Below are positions 18,164 through 25,713 of a stretch of 35,211 bases of DNA, one piece after another. The notes below the pieces were generated by a model. That model searched no databases. It was not told where the DNA came from and saw only the letters and a program-made list of their open reading frames with translations. Each line of letters begins with the position of its first letter. Position 1 is the stretch's first letter. A program made the translations under genes and the position numbers. The DNA lies in the NCBI GenBank assembly GCA_012511085.1, contig JAAZGU010000008.1, forward strand, positions 1 to 35,211, read 5' to 3'. Source of the DNA: Erysipelothrix sp. (lineage in GTDB: Bacteria > Bacillota_I > Bacilli_A > Erysipelotrichales > Erysipelotrichaceae).

Positions 18164-19447
18164 TTATTCTTCTAAATTATTGCCACACTCGGGGCAGAAT
18201 TTGCCTGCTTTGCTACCAGCTGGTGCTTGCCATCCACATTTGGCACATTGCACGGGTTGCGGCTGTGGTTTACCGCAGTTGGAACAAAACTTGCCAGTGT
18301 TTTCAGTTTCACATTCACACACCCAGACATCGGCAGGTGTCGGTTGTGGTTTTCCACACTCTGAGCAAAACTTGCCAGTATTGGTGGCGCCACAACTGCA
18401 CACCCATCCTTGCGCTTGTGGTTCAGTGCCTTGGCCTTGAACTTGGCCCATCGCAAACAGATCTTGGGTGCGTGTGCCACCGGCAGCCTGTGCCATGCCC
18501 ATACCCATAAAGCCTGCTAATGCTCCGCCTTCGTTGCTTGCCGCAGCGCGCATGGCATCGGCTTGCGCACCGGTTAAGGTTGCGGCCGCCATGGTAGGAT
18601 CACGTAAAATCGCTGCACGTTGTGCTTGTTTAATGATTTCAGCGTCTTCCTCTGGCAGCGTAATTGGATTTAGACCGATGGAAACAATTTTTAAGCCTCG
18701 GATTTCACCCCATTTTTTTGTGAGCACTTCATTCATTTCAGCGGTTAATTGATCGGCATAACCAGGAAGTTCACTGGGACGCACACCCTGTTTTGAAATG
18801 TTTGCGAACGCTGGTTGGAGTGCAGAAACGAATTCAGTCTTTAATTGACCATCAATTTCTTCACGGTCATATTGGTTACTGACATTGCCCGCGATGTTGG
18901 TGTAAAACAAAATTGGATCTTCAATTTTGTAGGAATAGACACCGGAACAGCGTACGCCCACATCAATGTCAAGCCCAATGTTAGCGTCTACCACCCGAAA
19001 TGGAATCGGATTTGGGGTTCCAAACTTGTTATCTAATAATTCTTTGGTGTTAATGTAATAAACTCGCTGATCTTTACCGGGTTCGCCTCCGTAGGTGAAC
19101 CGTTTTCCGATGTTTTTAAAGGTATCTTTAATGCCTTGACCCAAGGGTCCTGTGAAGATGCTTGGCTCAATCGAAGTGTCGTAGGTAAACTCACCGGGTT
19201 CAGCGCATACATCGACAATTTCGCCTTGTTCGACGATGATCATGCATTGGCCATCCGCAACAACAATTCCTGAACCGTTGGAAATGACATTGTCAGAACC
19301 TTTGGTGTTGGATGAGCGCCGTCCAATACGTTTCTCGCCTTTAACCATCATGACTTCTTTTGGCATTGTTTCACAATAGAAAAATTCTTTCCATTGATCC
19401 GCTAAGACACCACCGGCTGAGCCGGCAATTGCTTTAATTAATCCCAT
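18164..19447 (-). CDS. SPFH/Band-7-like protein with C-terminal zinc ribbons (YdjI / 'virion core protein-like' type)
   Basis: N-terminus MGLIKAIAGSAGGVLADQWKEFFYC..GRRSSNTKGSDNVISNGSGIVV is typical of this SPFH subgroup. It is followed by an Ala/Gly/Met/Gln-rich linker and three CxxC..CxxC ribbons. SD AGGAGA lies upstream. Confidence 0.7.
   Translation of the reverse strand: MGLIKAIAGSAGGVLADQWKEFFYCETMPKEVMMVKGEKRIGRRSSNTKGSDNVISNGSGIVVADGQCMIIVEQGEIVDVCAEPGEFTYDTSIEPSIFTGPLGQGIKDTFKNIGKRFTYGGEPGKDQRVYYINTKELLDNKFGTPNPIPFRVVDANIGLDIDVGVRCSGVYSYKIEDPILFYTNIAGNVSNQYDREEIDGQLKTEFVSALQPAFANISKQGVRPSELPGYADQLTAEMNEVLTKKWGEIRGLKIVSIGLNPITLPEEDAEIIKQAQRAAILRDPTMAAATLTGAQADAMRAAASNEGGALAGFMGMGMAQAAGGTRTQDLFAMGQVQGQGTEPQAQGWVCSCGATNTGKFCSECGKPQPTPADVWVCECETENTGKFCSNCGKPQPQPVQCAKCGWQAPAGSKAGKFCPECGNNLEE
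18260..18421 (-). repeat. 81-bp tandem duplication encoding two near-identical Zn-ribbon units
   Basis: 18260-18340 and 18341-18421 align with an 81-nt offset, for example GGCTGTGGTTTACCGCAGTTGGAACAAAACTTGCCAGTG against GGTTGTGGTTTTCCACACTCTGAGCAAAACTTGCCAGTA. They encode WVCECETENTGKFCSNCGKPQP and WVCSCGATNTGKFCSECGKPQP. Confidence 0.75.
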
Positions 19448-19465
19448 ATCAATCTCTCCTTTATT

Positions 19466-20926
19466 TTAAATAATAATAATGCGTGGTTCGTGTGTAAATT
19501 TTAAACGATGGTGGGAAGTTAAGTATTCCACTAAGATATCTTGTGCCGATGTTGACAGAATCATTGGTTTTTGATTGGCCTGCACGGCTTCAAGCGGTAC
19601 GTTTAAAAATTCTTCAATGTTTAAGTAATGAAAGTTTTGTAAACCGATTGTGTAAAAATGGGTATCCAGGACATCATTGTCGTTGTAAGTCAGCGACTTG
19701 ATTTCTTTGTCCTCCTTGGAGTAGGTCAGTCTTAAACCCTCTGAAAGTTGATAATACTCGGTAATTCCTAAAAAGGCATCATCACGCAGCATGTGCATCA
19801 ACATGGTTTTAAGTTGTAGACCATTCACTTTCACCTTATGGATTTCATCATCATAAGGGAATATTTGAACTAAAGTTCCATACTCTACGATGGGGCCAAG
19901 TTTTTGGCCACGAATGCTGCCGGAACCTAAAAACATAATGTCTAAACCCAGACTGTTTCTAAAAATATCAGTAAACAGACTTCCTAAGGGTGTTTCCATA
20001 TTGCGTTGTGGGTGTTCCAATTGTTGGTTGAAACGTGTCAAGATGCGTTGATACTTACGATCGGTGATGTCTTTGTATTTGTTAATAACTTCTTCAAGTT
20101 GCATATCTCTTGAGGCTGTTTCATTATTAATGGGTTCAAAGGACCACGTGTAAGAATCAATGCAGTTGTCATCGGTATCGACAATGATGTCAAAACGACC
20201 GATGTTGTCGGTACCTTCACCGGCTTGGGCAATCACGATGTTGTTTTCAATGATTGGTTGTTCCATAAAAGTATGGGAGTGACCACCAATGATTAAATCA
20301 ACGCCCCATTCCGGTTTTAACAAGCGCGCAAGTTCAATGTCTTCCTCAATCCCGATGTGCGTCAGCAAGACGGTAAAGTCAATGTCAATGGCATTGTAGG
20401 CATTGCATATCTTACCGACTTCTTTAGCAGCTTCAGCCGTGTCGATAAATGTGCCAACCAAGCCTTCTGCTTTGGCTGCAGCGAGAATTTCATCCGTAAT
20501 AATACCGATGAACAAGATTTTCATATCATCCATTTCGATAATATGGTGGGGTTGAAACAAACGGGAACCGTTGGTTTTAATGTATAAATTCGCATTGATA
20601 ATTGGAAACTGTGCACATTTTTCAATAAAAAGTAAATGCGCAATTCCATAATCAAGCTCATGGTTACCGATGGTAACCACATCCGGGGAAAGCATGTTCA
20701 TGATTTCAATCGTTGAAATGCCTTTAAATTCAGAGTCAATGACCGAGCCTCGAAACATGTCGCCGGCAATGACATAAATGACGTTTTCTTCTTCTTCACG
20801 GACTTTACTAATGTATCCAGATAACATGGACACACCACCAACATCTATTTTCCCGATGCGCTCTTCCAAGAAGTCACCGTGCAAGTCGTTGTTGTGTAAA
20901 ATGGTTAGTTTCTTTGTGGTTTTCAT
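19466..20926 (-). CDS. Bifunctional metallophosphatase/5'-nucleotidase (UshA/CpdB fold) with no signal peptide
   Basis: Calcineurin-like motifs ILHNNDLHGDF, AGDMFRGS, GNHELDYG, LTHIG and GGHSH, plus a C-terminal 5'-nucleotidase-type domain. The N-terminus MKTTKKLTILHNND has no hydrophobic leader. Confidence 0.85.
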   Translation of the reverse strand: MKTTKKLTILHNNDLHGDFLEERIGKIDVGGVSMLSGYISKVREEEENVIYVIAGDMFRGSVIDSEFKGISTIEIMNMLSPDVVTIGNHELDYGIAHLLFIEKCAQFPIINANLYIKTNGSRLFQPHHIIEMDDMKILFIGIITDEILAAAKAEGLVGTFIDTAEAAKEVGKICNAYNAIDIDFTVLLTHIGIEEDIELARLLKPEWGVDLIIGGHSHTFMEQPIIENNIVIAQAGEGTDNIGRFDIIVDTDDNCIDSYTWSFEPINNETASRDMQLEEVINKYKDITDRKYQRILTRFNQQLEHPQRNMETPLGSLFTDIFRNSLGLDIMFLGSGSIRGQKLGPIVEYGTLVQIFPYDDEIHKVKVNGLQLKTMLMHMLRDDAFLGITEYYQLSEGLRLTYSKEDKEIKSLTYNDNDVLDTHFYTIGLQNFHYLNIEEFLNVPLEAVQANQKPMILSTSAQDILVEYLTSHHRLKFTHEPRIIII

Positions 20927-20949
20927 TGTGTCACCTCACTGAAAGGTAT

Positions 20950-21435
20950 TTACCAATCACTTTCTTTTTTTGGTTTTCTAACATCCATGACAATGCCTGG
21001 ATAATCCCAAATGAACCATTGGTCATCCTTTTGGCGTAGTTGGATGGCACGTTTTGAATCCGCACCCGCAGTGTGTAGGTAGAGGCGTAAATAGCCAGCT
21101 TCCACATCTTGGGGTCGTTGGTCTTCAAACAGTCTAAGTGTCAATGGCATATCGGGTTGATAGTCATTGTCTGGGGTCGCCCCTTCGAAGTAAACCAACG
21201 GTAAATAAGGTTTATCCATGACGCGGTCCCTTAAAAAATTAATATCGAAAGGGCTTAAAGGTTTCGGTCCTTTCAATAAATTAATGGCTTCCACCCCCGC
21301 ATCACAATCATGCACAAAGAGATTCAATGCGCATAAAAACAAAGTGCATGTGTTTTCTGGTTGTCGCAAATCAAATTGGGGCATGGCTTTAAACGCTTCG
21401 AGGTTTAAAGGCAAGCTTTCAATCACTACGTTCAT
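20950..21435 (-). CDS. Hypothetical 161-aa acidic cytoplasmic protein, family not recognised
   Basis: Clean ORF with SD AGGAGGA, lying 35 nt after the upstream gene and 23 nt before the downstream gene. I recognise no TM segment and no known motif. Confidence 0.6.
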   Translation of the reverse strand: MNVVIESLPLNLEAFKAMPQFDLRQPENTCTLFLCALNLFVHDCDAGVEAINLLKGPKPLSPFDINFLRDRVMDKPYLPLVYFEGATPDNDYQPDMPLTLRLFEDQRPQDVEAGYLRLYLHTAGADSKRAIQLRQKDDQWFIWDYPGIVMDVRKPKKESDW

Positions 21436-21470
21436 ATTTTCCTCCTTCTGGTATTAAAAAACGTATTAAT

Positions 21471-22463
21471 TCATGGTTGGATACGTGTTAGTGTGTATCG
21501 AATTCCTACCTCATCATTAAAGAGGGGATCGCCACCAACATGCCGCATAATCAGCGTATCAAAATTTAAAAATTGCCATACAAATTTTGAATAAGATTCA
21601 TAGGGCTGCTCATCATGCTGTTCAGTAAATTCAATGTAAAGCAAATAACTATCATGATCGATGGGTTCACGTTGCGTTTCTTTTACACTGAAAGCAAACG
21701 TGCCTTTGTAGAAAGTATCTGCCATGAGGTTGAAGTATTCGATGGGATGAAAATCATCGCTGCTTGAATGATCCAGACCATGGAAAGTAAGTCGCACCAA
21801 GTTTTCATTACCATTTGGCATTGTGTACGATGCTTCCCATTCACCTTTAAAGACGAAAATGTTAAACTTGAAATCTTCAAAATCATGGGTAACATATAAG
21901 GAAACATCTTGCACACCTTTTGCTGGCAAACTAAGTTTTGTGTCTTTGCCATCCAATATTGGTGACATGCTGACAGATTCATCATTGAAGCTAACCGTGA
22001 TGATGGATTCTGCGTGCAAATCAGACAAATTAGTTTTCAACAATGCGGCGGTTTTACCATCACCTTCATATTGAACATCATGGTTAACATCAGTAATGTT
22101 TACCTCGCTATCAAAATAACGTGGGATAACCAAAAACACTTCGTCACCATCCATGTAAACCTTTTCCACAACCTTGATTTCATTATGGAAGGCCATAAAG
22201 GTTGAGAACTCACCAGTTTCAATATAACGTGCGAAGTCCGTTTCATCGCTGTATCCTAAAAATGCAAGCGCGAACAAATCATCGTCACGCCACTCAATGC
22301 CACCCAATTCTTCATAAATGATGGGTGGCTCTTTTGGATGTTCATCAAGCGGAGGTTCAATGATGGTGACATTTTTCGATGGATCATCGGCAGGGGGTTG
22401 TTTTATTTTACAGCCACTTAAAATAAGCAATCCTAATAAAAGCAATAATCGTATATTTTTCAT
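21471..22463 (-). CDS. Hypothetical lipoprotein, about 330 aa, domains not recognised
   Basis: MKNIRLLLLLGLLILSGC is a signal peptide plus lipobox, followed by a Pro/Asp/Glu-rich linker. ATG 22463 lies 5 nt behind AAGGAG (22474-22469). The listed start at 22469 is a GTG. Confidence 0.7.
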   Translation of the reverse strand: MKNIRLLLLLGLLILSGCKIKQPPADDPSKNVTIIEPPLDEHPKEPPIIYEELGGIEWRDDDLFALAFLGYSDETDFARYIETGEFSTFMAFHNEIKVVEKVYMDGDEVFLVIPRYFDSEVNITDVNHDVQYEGDGKTAALLKTNLSDLHAESIITVSFNDESVSMSPILDGKDTKLSLPAKGVQDVSLYVTHDFEDFKFNIFVFKGEWEASYTMPNGNENLVRLTFHGLDHSSSDDFHPIEYFNLMADTFYKGTFAFSVKETQREPIDHDSYLLYIEFTEQHDEQPYESYSKFVWQFLNFDTLIMRHVGGDPLFNDEVGIRYTLTRIQP

Positions 22464-22585
22464 AAGCACTCCTTTATATTGTTGTAAACTTAAAGGAACG
22501 ACGAATCGTTATATAAAAAAACATATTTGTGAAAGATGTGTAGCTGCGCCATTAATTTATAAAATTATTATATCAAAATTATTTT

Positions 22586-22614
22586 AAAAGACCCTATCTA
22601 AAAGGATAGGTTTT
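22586..22614 (-). repeat. Copy A of the 29-bp hairpin element (orphan, in a divergent intergenic region)
   Basis: Plus strand AAAAGACCCTATCTAAAAGGATAGGTTTT. Its reverse complement AAAACCTATCCTTTTAGATAGGGTCTTTT matches copy B at 27/29 positions. It forms a 7-bp stem (CCTATCT/GGATAGG with one wobble). No gene ends next to it on either strand. Confidence 0.7.
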
Positions 22615-22751
22615 GTGAATATATGCAGTGTTTAAGCGAATTATTGTAAATTAAGGTTGATTTTCATCATATATTTGTAAATGAAATACAAAATGTGATT
22701 GGCGTAACTGATATTTTGGTATACTATAATTGTTAGAAAAGGTAATTAAAT

Positions 22752-24446
22752 GTGATTAAAAGCAAGAAAAACACACTTTCTATTATTTTTATCGTTTGGG
22801 TTTTACTAACCTTTGCGAGTCTGATTCGATTGTATCGTTCAAGTTTCTACTTCGTTAACGAAACAATTTTTTTAATTAATTTAACAGTGTATTTGAGTTT
22901 ATTGCTTTGGTGGGCCTATACGATTCTCAAACGGACTGGTAATCATCAAACCCGTTACTATTTATTGGGAATTGTTGGTTTGATTGTTTTTTGGTTGTTT
23001 GTGCGTTCAGTTAAATATCAACCATTCAATGACATTGACCTTGTGGCTCGCCATTTATGGTATGCCTATTACATCCCTATGATTTTAATCCCAGTGCTCA
23101 GTTTTTATTTATCCCTGAATCTAGGACAACCTGAAAATTACACAATACCAAAAATATATTATTGGTTGTATGTGCCAGCGTTGGTGCTGATTGGGGCGGT
23201 CCTAAGCAACGATCTTCATCAACAAGCCTTTGCTTTTCAGGATAATTTTGTCAGCTGGAGCAACAAATATAGCTACCGTATCTTTTTCTACCTTACGATT
23301 ATATGGATTGTTGTGTTATCACTTGCATCGTTAAGAATTCTATTTAAAAAAAGTTTTCAAGCGCACACGCGTCGGAAACTTTGGGTGCCCTTGATTGTGA
23401 TTGTGGTGGGACTTGCCTACGTTATTTATTATGCGATTGATAACTCCAGAACCGGAGGCGGTTTTTATGAAGCCACGGTTGCTTATTCCGTTTTTGTGAT
23501 TGCCTTTTGGGAAAGTTGCATGCAGAGTGGGCTCTTACCGACAAATACAAAATACAAGAAGTTTTTTAATGCATCCAATTTGCAAATCATGCTGGTTGAC
23601 TACCAGGGGACAACGCATTATCAATCACAAAAGATGATGGATTTAAACACCTATCAAATCATGGAAGTGCTCCGTGAGCATGTGATTCCTGTTGATAAAA
23701 ACACGTTATTGAAAAGCAAGTCGATTCATGGCGGTCATGTGTTGTGGTTGGAAGATATTACGAAGCTGCAAACCATCATCGATCAACTGCAGCAGGTTCG
23801 TCTGCAATTGTCTAATGAAGTCGACTTGTTGCAACAAGAGGTTGAAACCAAGGCAAAGATTGTGCATTTGCAACATGAAAACTATTTATTGGATACAATT
23901 TTAGATCAAGTGGAACCTCATCTTGCGAAAATTAAATCACATCTTGATGAGTTGGAAACCGCAAAGCCACTTGTGAAACATCAACTTTTAATTAAAATTA
24001 ATATCTTGGGGGCTTACATTAAGCGCCGCAGTAATTTAAGCCTTGCTTATGAAAGCCAACAACAAGTCCACCTGCATGACATCACAAACAGTTTTAATGA
24101 ATCCTTATCGATGCTGGATTCCCTCGCTGTGGAAAGTGCGCTCTTGTTTCAAAAAGAGCTTGCCTTAACATTGAGACAGGCACTCTTGATGTATGATATG
24201 TTTCAAACAGTGCTGGAAACCTTGTATTTGGATTTATCAAAAGTTGTTGTTTCTTTATCACATCTCGACCATCAATTCATCTATGGCTTTCATTTGGAAA
24301 CGCATCATTCAATGAATCATGATTTGCGTTGGTATTTGTTTGAAAACAAACTAAGAAACACTTACCAAGATATCGTTATCGAACATGAAAGCGATCATGT
24401 GTTTCACATCAACTTCAAGTTTAAAGCGGGTCATGACGATGCATAA
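22752..24446 (+). CDS. Multi-TM (7-8 helices) sensor-like protein with a degenerate histidine-kinase core (pseudo-kinase)
   Basis: GTG start. The N-terminal ~270 aa are polytopic (HisKA_7TM-like look), followed by a PAS-like segment, a coiled coil and a DHp-like helix (..VHLQHENYLLDTILDQV..). The C-terminal domain is collinear with the CA domain of the next gene but has no N-box, DxGxG or GxGL motifs. Confidence 0.65.
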   Translation: MIKSKKNTLSIIFIVWVLLTFASLIRLYRSSFYFVNETIFLINLTVYLSLLLWWAYTILKRTGNHQTRYYLLGIVGLIVFWLFVRSVKYQPFNDIDLVARHLWYAYYIPMILIPVLSFYLSLNLGQPENYTIPKIYYWLYVPALVLIGAVLSNDLHQQAFAFQDNFVSWSNKYSYRIFFYLTIIWIVVLSLASLRILFKKSFQAHTRRKLWVPLIVIVVGLAYVIYYAIDNSRTGGGFYEATVAYSVFVIAFWESCMQSGLLPTNTKYKKFFNASNLQIMLVDYQGTTHYQSQKMMDLNTYQIMEVLREHVIPVDKNTLLKSKSIHGGHVLWLEDITKLQTIIDQLQQVRLQLSNEVDLLQQEVETKAKIVHLQHENYLLDTILDQVEPHLAKIKSHLDELETAKPLVKHQLLIKINILGAYIKRRSNLSLAYESQQQVHLHDITNSFNESLSMLDSLAVESALLFQKELALTLRQALLMYDMFQTVLETLYLDLSKVVVSLSHLDHQFIYGFHLETHHSMNHDLRWYLFENKLRNTYQDIVIEHESDHVFHINFKFKAGHDDA

Positions 24447-25713
24447 TATCTTTATTAATCCTGTGGTGCAGGCCCTGATTGGCACATGTTTGTTGTTTGG
24501 AGTTTTTGTGTTTTCAATTTTAATCATGATTCGTGGGTTACGTTTGGAACGATTTAAATTAAGCATGTTTGAAATCCTAGTGTTGGTACTGTTGATTCTT
24601 AATCTTCTACTAGTCATTGGCATGGATGCGCATTATCCGATGCATGCATTTTTTGAGATTTTAAGCAACGGTTATCTACAGATGATATTTATCGCATGCG
24701 TGTATGGGCTTTTGTTGTATTGGGTACTCATTGAGCGGCAGCTGGGGCATCAATCGCTTTCTGGTAATTCAGTTCGCGAAGCCATTGATAACTTGCCAGT
24801 CGCGATAGGTTTTGCGGATGAACAGGGGCTACCTATCTTAAGCAATCGCAAAATGCAAGCCATCTCGCAACAACTTACTAACCATCACTTTCGCAATGCC
24901 TTTGAATTTTGGGAGGGTAGTGTTGTGAATCACGAAACAAAGGTTCATAGTCAGGATCAAGTAGTCATTCAAAGTGATGATGTACATTGGCAAATCTCAA
25001 AACACAAGTACAAGATCAGTGATGATTATTTTATTCATGTCAACGGCATCAATGTTTCAAAAGTGTATGAACTGCACAATGAGTTGCAGCTTGAAAATGA
25101 GCGCTTAAATAATCAACAACAACGGCTCACAACGCTCCTACAAGATATTGAACAAATTAAAAAAGACGAGGAAACTTTAGCCTTAAAAATGCGGATTCAT
25201 AACGAGCTTGGCAAAGTTATTTTAGCGAGCAAACAATACCTGCATGCGCAATCACCGCATGATTTAAACACCATCATCCATTTTTGGAATCAAGTCATTG
25301 AGAGCATGGGTGTCTCTGGTAATTATTTGGATGGTAGCGTGTTTGAGATGTATCAACAAATTAAAGATGCTGCTCATATGATTGGTTGTGAAATCGAAAT
25401 AGTCGGGCAGCTACCCGTTGAAACGAACCACGGTTATTTGGTGATGATTGCGATCAAAGAAGCCATTATTAATGCCATGAAACATGCACGCGCTAATCGC
25501 GTTCATGTTGAAATCAATGCCATAGAAACAGGGTATGACATCATCATCAAAGACAATGGCACCTTCAATGGGCAGCCCTTGGTTGAAGGTGGCGGTTTAG
25601 CTTCTTTAAGGCAAAAAATCGAACAAGCCAACGGCAGCTTGCGGATTTTAGGCCACGAACAGGTGCAATTAAACATTCATTTACCTTATAATGAAGGCGA
25701 GGTGGTGTTATGA
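24433..25713 (+). CDS. Sensor histidine kinase (NarL-partner, HisKA_3-like)
   Basis: 3-4 TM helices, a PAS-like segment, a coiled coil, H-box MRIHNELGKVIL, N-box EAIINAMKHA, IIIKDNGTF and GGGLASLRQKIE. The start is uncertain (ATG 24385, 24433 or 24439). The later ones overlap the upstream stop by 8-14 nt and give a sensible N-terminus. Confidence 0.8.
   Translation: MTMHNIFINPVVQALIGTCLLFGVFVFSILIMIRGLRLERFKLSMFEILVLVLLILNLLLVIGMDAHYPMHAFFEILSNGYLQMIFIACVYGLLLYWVLIERQLGHQSLSGNSVREAIDNLPVAIGFADEQGLPILSNRKMQAISQQLTNHHFRNAFEFWEGSVVNHETKVHSQDQVVIQSDDVHWQISKHKYKISDDYFIHVNGINVSKVYELHNELQLENERLNNQQQRLTTLLQDIEQIKKDEETLALKMRIHNELGKVILASKQYLHAQSPHDLNTIIHFWNQVIESMGVSGNYLDGSVFEMYQQIKDAAHMIGCEIEIVGQLPVETNHGYLVMIAIKEAIINAMKHARANRVHVEINAIETGYDIIIKDNGTFNGQPLVEGGGLASLRQKIEQANGSLRILGHEQVQLNIHLPYNEGEVVL

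Noticed and set aside
18072-18752. Four overlapping ORFs of 94-122 aa (18072..18440 +, 18160..18510 +, 18468..18752 + and 18172..18480 -) that could look like hidden overprinted genes
   Set aside because: They lie entirely inside the G+C-rich, repeat-containing 3' part of the SPFH gene. They are Cys/His/Pro/Ala-rich low-complexity translations and lack SD sequences. High GC plus tandem repeats suppress stop codons in all frames, so these are shadow ORFs.
22318-22587. An 89-aa plus-strand ORF running from inside the lipoprotein gene to just before hairpin copy A, which could have explained that hairpin as its terminator
   Set aside because: About half of it is antisense to the well-supported lipoprotein gene. 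Its composition is Gly/Ser/Cys-rich followed by AT-rich junk, with no SD. It is most likely spurious, so copy A remains orphan.
22644-22682. Direct repeat TTGTAAAT (22644-22651 and 22675-22682, 31 bp apart) upstream of the pseudo-kinase gene as a LuxR-regulator binding site
   Set aside because: An 8-mer recurring once in about 280 bp of AT-rich DNA is expected by chance. It has no dyad symmetry typical of NarL/LuxR boxes.
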